64,000 nucleotides of DNA from Vicugna vicugna (taxonomy: Eukaryota). Below the pieces are notes generated by a model, which saw only the letters and a program-made list of their open reading frames with translations, did not search any database and had not been told where the DNA came from. The DNA is taken from NCBI GenBank assembly GCA_013265495.1, contig MU057989.1:248001-312000 (forward strand), given 5' to 3'. Shown here piece by piece: positions 38,601 through 51,454 of this stretch. The position numbers and the translations under genes were made by a program. How positions within the stretch are numbered: position 1 is the first letter of the stretch; each line of letters begins with the position of its first letter.

Positions 38601-39768
38601 GGTGTTATGAGGAGTAGAAGAATGAAGTAAATAAAGTGCTTAGCGTGTAGTAAAGAATTGGAAACAACCTGAATGCCTCACTCGGGTGTTCAATAAGAAA
38701 CGAGTACATCTTTGCCACGGAATCTCCTAGACTGGTAAATGAAGAAGCATTATTAGGTAGAAAAGCAAATTACAAGACTGTGTGTGCAGTAAGACCTCGT
38801 TTGTGTAAAAACACACACAAAGCACTTATTTTCCCTCTCCGTTTCTATGGATACATTTCCAGTAGATGCACAGAGAAAGGTTTGGAAGGTCATATGTCAG
38901 GCTGTTAATGGGGGTGCAGCTGCAATGTGGAAGGGAGAGTTTCTCTTCTATGTATATTTAAGTCTCCCCGCTTTATTTCAATGGTTTGTATCACTTTTTT
39001 TGTTGAAACAAAAAGCAATTAAAGAAAACTTCAAAGTACATGCCTTTCAGGACTGTTGTAAAGAGTAGCAATAAGATATAACTGTGTGTCATGTTCATGT
39101 GGATAAATGGCTCAGGATGGTGTCTTTGGGCCCTTTGCTGACACACTAGGGGCCAAATGTCTTTTGGAATTATGAAGTTTTCAAATTTGAGAACAATAGT
39201 ACAGTACATATATTGTATATCAAATAGCACCGCCAGAATCTGAGGCAACAGTCAATCAGATACATTAAGCTTTTTAAAAATTGAATTGTAACATACACAC
39301 AAAAATATACGTCAGAAGTACAGCTTGATGAATTTTTACAGACTGAATAAATACATTAATATTTCTGCCATAAAACATGAACATTTACATTGTGAGGTAA
39401 ATGGAGATTATTAATGCTTTCATTTCATATCAGTAGGCCAGGTGGTGAAAACCTGAGAGTTTTGGATTTTGGAGCTGAGGATAAGGGGCTGTGGACCTGT
39501 ATTGGTAGGAGAGTCATGTGAACAAGGCATTACAGGAGAGCCTGAAAAAGACTCCCGGGTCACAAAGAATGGGAGCTGGAGCCCCTGGATGTCCCTCCAG
39601 GCTGGTTTTTGCTCATGTACTGCCCCCTTTCCTGCTATTTTGTTCTTTCTCCAGGAATGTGTGTCCAGATGCCAACCCAGCTGCCACTGGGAATCCCTCT
39701 GGGAGACTGAAGGGCAGGCTTTCAGGCCCAGATTGAGGCTGACTAGCCCTGAGCCTTAGGCCAGGGGA

Positions 39769-42700
39769 ATGGCAGCCCCCCCAGAGCCTCAGGACCAGGC
39801 CCCTGGGGAGGGAGAAGGGCTTCTGATCGTGAAGGTAGAAGATTCCTCCTGGGAGCAGGACTCAGCCCAGCAAGAGGACAGCAGGGATTCAGAGGCCTGC
39901 CGCCAGCGCTTCCGGCAGTTCTGCTACGGCGATGCAGGCGGGCCCCATGAAGCCTTCAGCCAGCTCTGGGAGCTCTGCTGCCGCTGGCTGCGGCCCGAGC
40001 TGCACACCAAGGAGCAGATCCTGGAGTTGCTGGTGCTGGAGCAGTTCCTGAACGTGCTGCCTGTGGGCGTCCAGAGCTGGGTTTGCGAACGCTGCCCTGG
40101 GAGTGGCGAGGAAGCTGTTGCCTTGGTGGAGGACCTGCAAAAACAGCCAGAAGCTTGGCCACAGGTGAGGGGCTCCTTCCATATCCAGGGGCACCTGGAT
40201 GGCACCTGGACTGAGGAGAGGTGGCCATCTCTGTAGAGATTAGTCCTCCAGGGGTTGGGGGGATATGCAGAGCCAGAGGGAGCATCCACAGGAGCAGGTC
40301 ATAACGTGTTGCTTTTCTGAAAGACACTATCCAAGTGAATCTGGTTTCTTTTTGGTGGCTTTGGAGGGAAGCAGCAGGACCAAAGTGGGCATGTTCCAGG
40401 AAGGCAGGTTTTAGCTCCACCCAGGTTCTACAAAGTTTCATTTGTGTTCTGCTCTAGGCCAGACCCTGGGGATACAGTGATGTGTGTAGTGAGTGCACCA
40501 GAGGGGGTATCAGAAGGTAGAGCTGTCCCTGTGAACCCTGCTGTCTTATGGGGTGTGGGGTCCTCGACACTGGAGGCATCTGGGGAGATGCTAATGAGTG
40601 GCGGGTGAGTATAGGATTATACCCTTGACAGGAAGGTCTCCACCCACTGCCCCTCGCTAAGTGGCTCTTTGATTCTGAGCTTTGGGGGCTGGAGCTTGCT
40701 CATGCTTGGTTGGGGAGTGTCCCTGGGCACATAGCATCGCCTGGTGTCCCATTTTCTCTGGACTTTCCTTGGGCCCCATATTGATCTCCCCCACACCCCA
40801 ACATCCTGAGGGACGTGTCCTGTGTCTCCTTCCCAGGGATTAAACTCTGTCTCCCCCGTCTGGTCTCGGTGCTGATGAGCATGTTGTGGTTCCTGCACAG
40901 GACGTGCCCTCAGAGGAGGCGGAACCTGTGGCTACAGTCCAGGGATCCCAGGCCAAGGGACCTCCCCGGAAGGTAGGGGCACGGAGCCAGCCACCTGGAC
41001 CCTGGGAGCAGCACAGCCATGGTGGTGAGTAAGCTTGTAGGTCGCAGAGTAGCTGGTCAGGGGCCTGGCTCCTTTCCAGGCATTGCACTAAGGGTAGCAG
41101 GGTATTTCTGCTCCATGGAGGCGAAGTGTGCATGTGTGTGTGAAGCAGAGTGTGTGTGAGATCTCACTCCTGGCCTGGGCCTGCCTCTCTGAGGCTCCAT
41201 TCTTTTTTTTCAGCCCAACTACCTGCTCTTAAAAAGGGGAATGCCAGAGAGACAGCAGATACCTGCTTTGCCTCTGGGGTGAGTCACCAGTCCCTTTGTC
41301 CGTCGGATGCTGATGAGTCCCTAAAATGGGTCTTGCCTTCTCACTAAAGCTGCTTCTATCCATCATCCTGCCCAGATGCATCCCATTTCCCATCCCAGCC
41401 CCCTTCCTGTCTCCACCCATGACCGCCCGGGGAGTCCTGAGCAAGGCAGCCCTGAGCTGAGTTTTCTCACCTCATTCCAGGGACCTGTGACATTTGGAGA
41501 CATTCCCTTCTATTTCTCCCGGGAAGAATGGGGGTCCCTGGACCCTGCTCAGAGGGATCTCTTCTGGGACATAAAAAGGGAGAACTCCCGGAACCTTGCC
41601 CTGGGTAAGCAGTGGGCACAGCCAGGATCCTAGGGGTCCATGGCTCATCTGAGCTGGAGGCTGTTGCCTCCTTGGAGTCCCAGCAGCAGAGGGTGGGCCC
41701 AGGCACATCCTGCTGGAAACCTGTCTTCCTTCCTGCTTCTTCCTTAGCTGGCTCCAAAGAGGGCTTTCTCTGCCTCTCTTTGAGAGCCCCTAGAGGCTTC
41801 CTTTGTGCTGGCGTTCACTTCTCCCTGCCTGTGATCATGTATTAATATACGAGGAGTGCGTGCCACATGGCAGTGCCGTGCTCAGCTCTAGTACAGGCAT
41901 CTTCTCATGTGATTCTCACAACCTGGTGCATAGAAATGTGTGCACGTTTATAGATGAGGGACCCGAGACTCAGAGAGGTCAAAGGACACTGAAGGGCCAG
42001 AGCTGGGACTTAGTGCAAACAGTGCTTGTGAGGCCCCCTCAGCCAGCCCCTTGAAGATGCACTGACACACACCTGCCATGTGTTCATGGGCCCTGCTCAC
42101 TAGAGGCCACACTCCAGGGTCCCTCTCCAAGCCAGGGCCTTCCTAAGCACTGTTCGGGGATTATCTCATTTAATCCGCACAACCCAGTGGGATGGGTGGG
42201 ATCCCTCCCGATCCATCCTTGTGTGTTTTTGAGTTTAGAGGACAAGAGCTTGTATAATGAGAGAGACCATGTCAGCTGAGCCCGTGTGGTTCCTCAGTGT
42301 CTGATCATGAATGGTGAGAGTTTGGGTAATTTAGCGACTCCTCAAATCAATTCAGCTTTGAAGTTTGAACAGCCAGGGTTTGAAGTGGAACGTTGGATCC
42401 CAGTGTGGGAAGGAGGCATAGTTTGGGTAGACGTATAATTAGTGTCTCTGCTAAATAAGCCAAGCCCAACCCCTTGCCGCTTACTCTGAATGGTTTCTCT
42501 GTGGTCATTTTATCCTGTCCCCATTTTACAGAGCAGGAAGCTAAGGCTGGGGTCTGCAGGAGCTCAGGGCTGTGGGAACCTGAGCGCCAAGGCACTTTCC
42601 CCCAGCCCTGCTTTGGCCTCCCCTCAGCTCTGGCCCCAGAACCAAGCCCGACTGAAGAGGCCGCCTCTCCTCCGCTTGCAGGTTTGGGGCTCAAGGACCA

Positions 42701-43340
42701 AAGTGAGAGATCCCGGCTGCACGAGGTGGTGACAACGCTCCCGGGCCAGGTTGTTGGTGATGGGACTGTGTCCTGGAGACCCGAAGAAGCAGAGGCCTGG
42801 GAGGGCGAGGCCCGGCCGGGAGCGCCCCTAGGACGGGCGGCGGGGGCGCGGCGCGGGCGGCCACCCACCCGCCGGCGGCAGTTCCGGGACCTGGCGTCGG
42901 AAAAGCCGCACAGCTGCGGCCAGTGCGGCAAGCGCTTCCGCTGGGGCTCCGACCTGGCGCGCCACCAGCGCACACACACGGGCGAGAAGCCGCACAAGTG
43001 CCAGGAGTGTGACAAGAGCTTCCGCAGCTCCTCGGACCTGGTGCGCCACCAGGGCGTGCACACGGGCCAGAAGCCCTTCTCCTGCTCCGAATGCGGCAAG
43101 AGCTTCAGCCGCAGCGCCTACCTGGCGGACCACCAGCGCATCCACACGGGCGAGAAGCCCTTCGGCTGCAGTGACTGCGGCAAGAGCTTCTCGCTGCGCT
43201 CCTACCTGCTGGACCACCGGCGCGTGCACACGGGTGAGCGGCCCTTCGGCTGTGGCGAGTGTGACAAGAGCTTCAAGCAGCGCGCCCACCTCATTGCCCA
43301 CCAGAGCCTGCACGCCAAGATGGCCCAGCCCGTGGGGTGA
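39769..43340 (+). CDS. ZNF213: SCAN-KRAB C2H2 zinc finger protein ZNF213, 455 aa; coding exons 39769-40164, 40901-41024, 41214-41278, 41481-41604, 42682-43340
   Basis: SCAN domain, degenerate KRAB ([30 protein letters not shown]), 5 C2H2 fingers ending HAKMAQPVG as in human ZNF213. Exons total 1368 nt in frame. Confidence 0.96.
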
Positions 43341-44261
43341 GGGCTGGTGGGGCCTGGCTGCAGTGGGGCATCTGTCTGAATCCACCATCCCGCTGCTGGT
43401 GGGACTGCAGGGCACTTCATACTCCTCAGAACTGCCTGCCCTGCCCACTCGGAACCTGGCTCACACCCCCAAGGAAGAGAAATCCCCTGTGGCCTGGTCA
43501 CCGTGCCCCTTTCTGCTCCAGGATTTTTCCTCTTCCATGGTTTCCTGGAGCCCCAGCACATTCCAGGACGGTGGATAGAGCGTGGGGGAGAGTCTGGAGC
43601 ATCAGGAAAGTATGAGGACTTGGGCAGGGCCCAGGGTCCCCATCCCAGAACCCCCCTCAGCCTTGCTTGGCCCTGGAGCTCTGTTCCCTGCCTTCTCAGC
43701 TGGGTCCATGGGCTGGGCCTTTTGTCTGGCCAACATGTGCCTTCCTGCGGGGCTGGAGCCTAAGCCTCAGGGTGCTGCTGGGCTCTGGGAGGGACAGTCA
43801 GCCCACACCTGTGAGGATTTGGGTCTTGGGTGTGGCCACAGGGGCTTTCTGGCCTCCACCCCTTCCCATTTCCAGGCATTGACCACTCTGCCCTGTCCCA
43901 GTGGCATGGAAGCTGTCTGCCTCTGCTCTTAGGTGACTTGCCCCTCCCTTCCTGCTATAAGTTCCTGAGAGTCACCCCCGACCTGTCTGGGGAGGGTGGT
44001 GTTGGCTCCAGGGACAGAAGACCAACAGTGCAGACCCAGAACAGGGCCGGGTGGGGGCCTGCTGCTTCCTGATGCTCCCCTCTTCCCCAGAGTCATGGGG
44101 TTCATGGTACTTAACACTAGCACTCTTATCAGCCTGACATTGTCACTGTCACTGACTGCCGTCATGCTGCATTCCATGCAGATGGGCATTCACAGGGACA
44201 GACCACAGGCCCTCCCAAGGAGCTGGCCCAGCTGGCCTCAAATGGGCAGCAGAAAGGTTTG

Positions 44262-44267
44262 AATAAA
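44262..44267 (+). terminator. AATAAA polyadenylation signal of ZNF213
   Basis: AATAAA about 920 nt after the stop codon. Confidence 0.65.
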
Positions 44268-45453
44268 GATGAAAACTTCCTCCAGGCTGTTCTTGCTCTT
44301 TAGGTGGCTGCTGGGGGTGGGGGAGTGGAGGACCTGGAATTCATACCCCTGGGCCTCCTGACCTGGTAGTCCTGGTGGCATGTGAGCTACATCCGTGGCT
44401 TCCAGGTCAGCTGGGACCCAGGGGCTACCATGAACCTTGGGACCAGTGCCTGTCCTGGTCTGAGGACAGCTGAGGATGGACAGCTGGTGGCACCCCTCCC
44501 GACCCCAGCAGGAGACTGGAGGAGCTGAGTGGGACTTGGGGTCATCACCAGGCCACTCCTCTCCCTTTGGTGAAATAAGGAAACAGGCTCGAAGGCAGTG
44601 ACTGGTCAGGCGATGGTACACTCGTGCTACCCGTAGGGGATCTGGAACTCTAAGCTGGACCCCCTGTGCTCATATCCCTTGGAGAGACAGTCAAAATGGG
44701 CCATGCCCCATCCCCACCCAGCCCTTGACATCTGACCCTCCTGTGCCTGGCCACAGGCTGGGGCCCCTGCAGAGAAGGTGCTTGGAGCACCTTGTACTCA
44801 GCAGGCCACCTGAGAGGCGGTGGGGGAGGGCTGAGACAAGATCTTTTGTCCCTTAGTCTATGTGCCAGCCTGTCTGCCCTCCCATTTAACCTGGCTTCAT
44901 CCTGAGGTTATCGGATGGACCTCATTTCCAAAATGAAGCAACAAGGGTCTCACTGGACAGCTGAGTCCAGCTGGGGGTTTCTGTCCATGGGGTGGCGCTC
45001 TCCACCGCTGCCCATGCCCTTGGGCTCGCAGTTGCTGTGCGCATGTGTGTGGGCACCCTGAATGAGTGAGTAAGGGTGATAGGTCCGGAGCAGTACGTGG
45101 AATGTTTGGTGCTGGTGGCCGGCTCAGAAGGGAGACACTCGGGTGTAACGAGATCAGATAGGAGAAGGGCCAGGAGCTAAGAATAGGACTGGACACAGAC
45201 AGGCTCCTGGCTCAGGTGGGGGCATGTTAGTGCCAGCCAGAAAGGATCCTGCTGGAGCCAAGGAACAGAGCAGGGCCTCGGGGCATAGAGCCCCGGACCC
45301 AGGGTTCCAGCACAGGGGGCAGAGTCCAGCTCAACCCATAAACAGAACTGATAGAACAGGACTCAGGGAGAGGGCAAGGATTGGGGCCCAGAGCATTGGC
45401 ACTGGGGCCAGAAGAGGAAGTCTGTGCCTGGAGGAGATCCCCGTCTCACCACC

Positions 45454-48400
45454 ATGGCATTCCTGGTGGCTGGGACCCTGCGGGTGGCCTCACAGATGGC
45501 AGATACTTGGGAGAGCCTGGGAAGAAAGGTAGTTGGGGGCACTGCCTGACCCAGCCCATCCCTGGCTCCCAGCGGAGACCCACCCTAGCCCAACTCTGGC
45601 CTTATCTCCCCAGGGCAAGTACAGCATGCAGGGTCCAAGGGTAGCCCTGCTGCTCAGCAGCCCTGAAGTATCGGCCTCTACAGTCACCGTCCTGGAGGGT
45701 GTGTTCCAGACCCTGGGCTTTGAAAGCTGCCAGAGGAGGGAGGCCTCAGTCCAGGTGAGCCCACTCCGGCCTCCCCTCTCCACTCCCAGCCCCACGTGGG
45801 GCCTCCCTGGACTCAGGCCCAGCACTCGCTCTTGCCCTAGGGCTTCCAGTGGGAGCTGGTGAGGTTCCGGGAGCAGCTGGATGCCCATGGGGGCCCTGTG
45901 GGCTGTGCTTTTGTGGCCTTGGTGGCCCCCAGCCAGCAGCTGAGACAGCCACAGCAGCTAGTCCAGGAGCTGAGCCGCTGTGGGGCCCTGTATGGCTGCC
46001 CCAAAGTCTTCCTGCTGCTCTCCAGCGCTCCTGGGGGTGAGTGGGCTGGGCAGGGACCCTGCCTGTGGGGCGCGGCAAAGCCAGGGCGGAGATGGGCAGG
46101 AGGGCCAAGACCCTCCCTCCAGACCAATGCACTGCTTCTCCACCCAGCTGCCTCTGAGCCCGGAGCCTTCCTCACCAGCCTGGGTGAGCTCTGTGGCCGC
46201 TGTCCTCACTGGTCCCTGATGCAGCTGCTGACGGAGGTGAAGTTTCCAGAAAGGGAGTCCCAGGGAGGGGGGCTGCACCGGTCACTTCCCCTGGCTCTGC
46301 TGTGTGGTCCTGAACCCGTTGCTCCCCACCCATCCACTCCATGACGTAAGCCTTTATTGTCCACACGTGGGTGTCAGCTTCAAAGCCTCACCTCCTACCC
46401 CCACCCCTGCCCCTCCTCACAACCCACTCAGGATCCCCCGGACATTCCAGTATCTTCTCAGCTCCATGCCTTTACCCAAGCTGCTCCTTTGGTTTTCGTG
46501 CCCTCCCTGTCGTCCCATCTCCACTCAGTCCCTTCCAGGCTGGCAGCAATGCTGTTCCTCGCCATGCTTGAGTCAACACTTGTCTTCCCATCCACCCTTG
46601 TTCACACTCACCCAGCAGTGACTGGCCCATCAGACTTGGGGCCCCTGGGGGCCAGGGTTGGGGGTCATTGAGGCTTGGTCCCAAGGCCCAAAGGTCTCAC
46701 TGGGAAGTGGGGTGGTCACTGGGTGACCTTGAGGTGAGGAGTGGGCCCAGCCTGGTGCCCTCCCCCGGCGATGCCCTCCTGTGAGACTTCCTGGACAGGT
46801 CCACCTCTGTGGGCCGGGGAGCAGTGTGGTCAATGGTATGGCCACAGTCCTCCAAAGCTGTTTATGTCCTAAGAATCCAATGATGAGTTGAGCCTGGACT
46901 AGGACACCCTCAGGCCCTACCTTTCCTTCATCTGTGTCCTCCTCCCTTCATTCTGGCAGGGGACCCCAGAAAGAATGTGGTAGTCATGAGCATATGACGA
47001 CCACTCGGGGAGCCAGGGTCCTGCTCCCCCACGCCCCCATAACCATACCCCATGGAGCAGCTGCCTGAGGAGTCCTCTGGCCCATCCTCCCCAGGTCTTC
47101 TGCAGGACTGCTGAAGAGTCCTCAGGGGCTGCCTACTGCCCGGTCCTTCGGAGCTCCTTGCGGGGGGCCCTGTGCCTAGGGGATGTGGAGCCCTGGGGGC
47201 CAGAGGTGAGGGGGCAAGACAGGGGACCAACCACATGACAGTAGTTTTGAGTGGGATAGAGGCTCGGGGAGACTTGAGGTGGGGAGGTGAGGAGCTGGGA
47301 GGGCCTCAGATCACTCTGAATCAACCTTAACCCTGTCTGTAGCCAGAACCCAGCCCCAGTGCTCAGTATGACCTGTCCGGGGCCCGGGCTGCCCTCCTCC
47401 TGGCTGTGATCCAGGGCCGGCCTGGAGCCCAGCATGATGTGGAGGCACTGAGGGGCCTGTGCCAAGCCCTGGGCTTCGAGACCACCCTGAAGATGGACCC
47501 TCTAGCCCAGGTGAGGGGATATCCAGTACTTCTGGTGGTGCCCTGAATGATGGGCGCCCCCCACCAGGACCCGCTCCTGGGCCTCTTGCCAATCATAGGC
47601 AGGAAGTGCACCCCGAAGTCTAGCCTCCACTCTCCCTGCTGTGTGCTTTGGGAACCCACTTCCCTGCCTCTGGAAGCACAGAGGCCTCCCATGCTTGCCG
47701 TTTCTCTGCACCCCTGCTCCCAGCCCTCACTGGACCCTCAGGCTTTTCTGGGAGGGTCTCAGGTTCCTTCCCAGACATCTGTCAGCTCACTGCCTCCCTT
47801 CACACCTCTTTACTTTTTGGTGCAGCTTCTCCTCCGGGGCCAGAGAACCAGCTGCAGGAGGCTGGAGCCACATGTCACCTCCTATGAGGCCATGCCAGGC
47901 CTTGCAGCAGGGAGGTTAGAAAAAAGACTTGCTCCCTGGGCCTGAGGCTGGCAGGAGGTGGAAGGCAGTGTGGGCAGTGGGCTAGAAAAACCACCTGGAG
48001 GGAGGACCACCAGGCACCAGGGAGGCAGTGGCCCTGGCCCAGGCCTCCATCTCTCCCCCAGGCTTTCCAGGAGGAGATGGCCAAGTTCCGGGAGCAGCTG
48101 GACGCTCGCAAGGTCCCTGTGAGCTGTGCGCTTGTGGCCCTGATGGCCCATGGTGGGCCTCAGGGACAGCTACTGGGGGCTGATGGGCAAGAGGTGCAGC
48201 CAGAGGTGCTGGTGCAGGAGCTGAGCCGCTGTGGGGCCCTGGTTGGCTGCCCCAAGATCTTTCTGCTTCAGGCTTGCCGTGGAGGTGAGCAGGGTCTGGG
48301 GCCTGGCGGGGTCCAGCTGCTCTCATTCTCCTCATCCAGCCTCAGTCTCCTCCAGGAAGCCTGAGCACCACCCTCTCCCTGCCCCCTCTGCCAGCTTCTC

Positions 48401-50558
48401 CCAGAGGTCAAGTCTGTGAACTAGAGCACTTCACCCTCTGCGCTTGTCCTTCAGTGCTCTGAATGTTTCCAGCCTGGCAGGGCTGCCCAGGAACTCTGGG
48501 GCCTAGGGGTGAGAGACCTGGGAGCACCCCAGGTGTCTTCTGAGTGAAAAGACCTGACTGTCCCTTCCTGCCCCAGGGCACAGGGATGCAGGCATGGGGC
48601 CCACTGCTCTCCCTTGGTTCTGGCGCTGGCTGCGGGCTCCACCAGCCACCCCTTCACAAGCCGATATCCTCCAGATCTATGCTGATGTGCAAGGTGGGTC
48701 TGCCTTCCTCCCAGAGCCTGAGCTTGGGCAGGGCTGGCGCAGGCAGCCATCTGGAGAGCATCTCCAAGGCTCTGAGCTGAGATTCTGCCACCACCTCCTT
48801 CCTCTCTTCGCCAAGAGGATAGGAAGGAAAACCTTTCTAAATGGCAAAGGCTTTTGAAAATTGAGGATTTCTTCCCCTGCATGAGCCCCCAAACAACCCT
48901 GGAGACAGGAAGGTGAAATAGCTTTTCTGAGATCACATGGCTGATAAGCATCAGGGCTGAGATTGGAAACTTGATCCGTCTTTCCTGCCCTGCTCTCTTT
49001 CTCCTGCCTTGTGTGTCCTTGAGTCAGACCCGAGGAGACCCTTGGGGCTAGCAGAGTCCCAGGATGCTGCGTAAATGGAGTTGGTCCCTCTTGCAGGCAG
49101 CTTCCCCAGGGGCCCCATTCCAGGGAGCTCTGACCAAGCAGACATCCTGATGGTCTACGCAGCAGCTGAAGGTAAGGGGACAGGTCAGCAAGAAGTCTTG
49201 TTACATGGGGCCCAGCCTCCTGGTCAGAGATCGAAAGTGGGCTTTAGGGGCATCTGGGGCTTGGCTGTTGGGGTGGAGGGGCCCCAGCCTAGATGCAGTT
49301 AAGCCATCTTCCCTTTGTGTTTATTATTTATGGTAAAAGAAATGATGGTGAGCACTAAGGGCTGACTCTGCTAAGCACTATACCTGCATCCTTCCCTCTA
49401 GACTGTAAATTCCATGCGAGCAGGACAGTTCTGTGTGTCTCAGGGCACCGTCCAGGGCCCGGCACATAGTAGGTTCACAGTGAATGTTTCTTCAATACTG
49501 AATCCATTGTATATTCACTCCACAAATATTGAGCAACTACTTGTTCCAGAAGCAAGAAGTTTCAACTCCCTGCCCCATTCCCTGGCCTGATTCCCAGGGT
49601 CCTGTGGGCTTGACCCCACTTCCACCAACAATAGGCCCCTGGGAGTTGGAAGGCAGCTGGGAGGGGCCCAAGTCTGATGCTCTGGCCCTGGTCCTCTGGC
49701 CTAGGCTGTGTAGCCTATCGGGATGAAAAGGGCTCAGACTTTATCCAGACGCTGGTGGAGGTCCTCAGAGCTGACCCCAGGGGAGACCTCCTGGAGCTGA
49801 TGACTGAGGTGAGTTGGGGGTGGGGGGTGACAACCTGAGGAGAGGAGCTAGATTCATCCTTCTCCCCAGCCCTGGCGTTCTAATCACCTATTCACTTCAT
49901 CACTGAGGGAGGGATCCTCCACCCTCAGTAGCATGAGATGGTTGGGCACAGGACACCCGGCACTGGACAGGTGAGATTGACAGCAGTTATTAGCCATATA
50001 TACTCACAGCCGGAAGAGGAGGACACCTCAGGCCATGCAGAGCCAGTAGGGGTTGCTCTGGAGAGCAGAGTGAACCTGCAGGGGCTTCCTTTTAGGCTTT
50101 GTAGTAACTAGGAATGAGGTGCCCCTGGTTCCTGCAGGAGGATGTGATGCACTTGTTTGAATAATTTCACAGGCTGACAGGGAACTGAAGACCCTCAGGC
50201 TGAGGACTGAGTGGAGTGCAGCTGGTCTGTCTGGTGGGGGAAATAGCGCAGTGGGGTGCCCTTCCTGCTTGGGGTAGGGAGCACATCTGACAAGAGGAGG
50301 GGAAACCAAGGGGGGGCCTATGAAACTCAAAGTTGTCAAGGAAGCACTTCAAATTTTAGGCCTTACAATACACTGGGTGCCAGGCTGGGCTGGGCGCCGG
50401 GGGATCTGGCAGGCCTGCGTACAGGCTAAGTGTGGTCCGCACAGGTCAATCGGCAGGTGTGTGAGCTGGAGGTGCTGGGTCCCGACTCTGACGAGCGCCG
50501 CAAGGCCTGTCTGGAGATCCGCAGCTCCCTGAGGCGCCGGCTCTGTCTGCAGTCCTGA
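45454..50558 (+). CDS. CASP16: Caspase-16, intact 470 aa; exons 45454-45528, 45614-45754, 45841-46036, 46148-46236, 47095-47205, 47343-47510, 48062-48284, 48577-48693, 49097-49171, 49705-49808, 50445-50558
   Basis: Kozak accaccATGG; all GT-AG introns with compatible phases, 1413 nt. Catalytic His (AHG, 48149-48151) and QACRG (48269-48283); caspase-14-like VAYRDEKGSDFIQTL. Syntenic with human CASP16P; AATAAA at 50690-50695. Confidence 0.9.
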
Positions 50559-51381
50559 CTGCGCCTGCCGCCACCCAGGAAGTGCTGACAGTGAGTGGCC
50601 ACAGACCAACGCCACTACTGACCCCATCCACTCCTTGGTTTCCTCATCTAAAAATGGGCGCGATAGCACAGGTGACTCAGCTGGTATGAAATAAACATGA
50701 TGATCGCTGTATACGTGAATAGTGCCTGTTCTCTGGGAGGTGCGACAGTAAGTGAGATAATGTATGCAAAGTGCCTGGCACTTCGGAGGCTGGGCCCACC
50801 GGGTGTGGACTGGGGAGGAAGCGAGGAGGAGCGCGGGCAGCATCCGCGCCTCAGAAACCCATCATGGGCTGCTAGGCTGAGCTGGATGTCCTGGGAAGGG
50901 GCAGCCTGGGGTCCATATTGTCCTTCCCGCACACGCACCCCACCTGCACCCCACGCTGGGGCCACGCGACACTCTGGCCTCTGCCTACATGGTAGTCAGA
51001 ATCCAGTCTGGGGCCACAAGACTGGAACAGATCATGGAAGATTTAGCAGTGCTGTGATGGGGCAGCAAAGGGGCTAGGGGAGCAGTGGGGAGCACCTGAT
51101 CCAGCGCGGCCCTGGAGCAGGTCGGGGAAGATATCTGGAGCTTCTCGGGACAGGAGTGGCTTGGGTAGCCTCACCCAGGCTCGAACTCCCAGAAACAGAC
51201 CACTTACGCATCCTTCACTAGCAGCGGGCGCTCTGTCCAGCTCGGCAGCCCAGCGCGGAGTCCAGCCCACACAGAACTCGAGGGGCAGGGCGCCTGGTTA
51301 CCAGGAGCATGCGCATTAGGGCATGTCTAGCGGGTGCCAGAGTATGCTTTATGAGAAAAGCCATAACGCTGTTTGCCGCAG

Positions 51382-51454
51382 GGCCGCGTGGCCTAATGGA
51401 TAAGGCGTCTGATTCCGGATCAGAAGATTGAGGGTTCGAGTCCCTTCGTGGTCG
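51382..51454 (+). tRNA. tRNA-Arg(CCG)
   Basis: 73 nt canonical GGCCGCGTGGCCTAATGGATAAGGCG...TTCCGGA...GTTCGAGTCCCTTCGTGGTCG followed by a T-run. Confidence 0.97.

Noticed and set aside
42347..43561. Overlapping 119-250 aa minus-strand ORFs
   Set aside because: Antisense shadows of the ZNF213 last exon.
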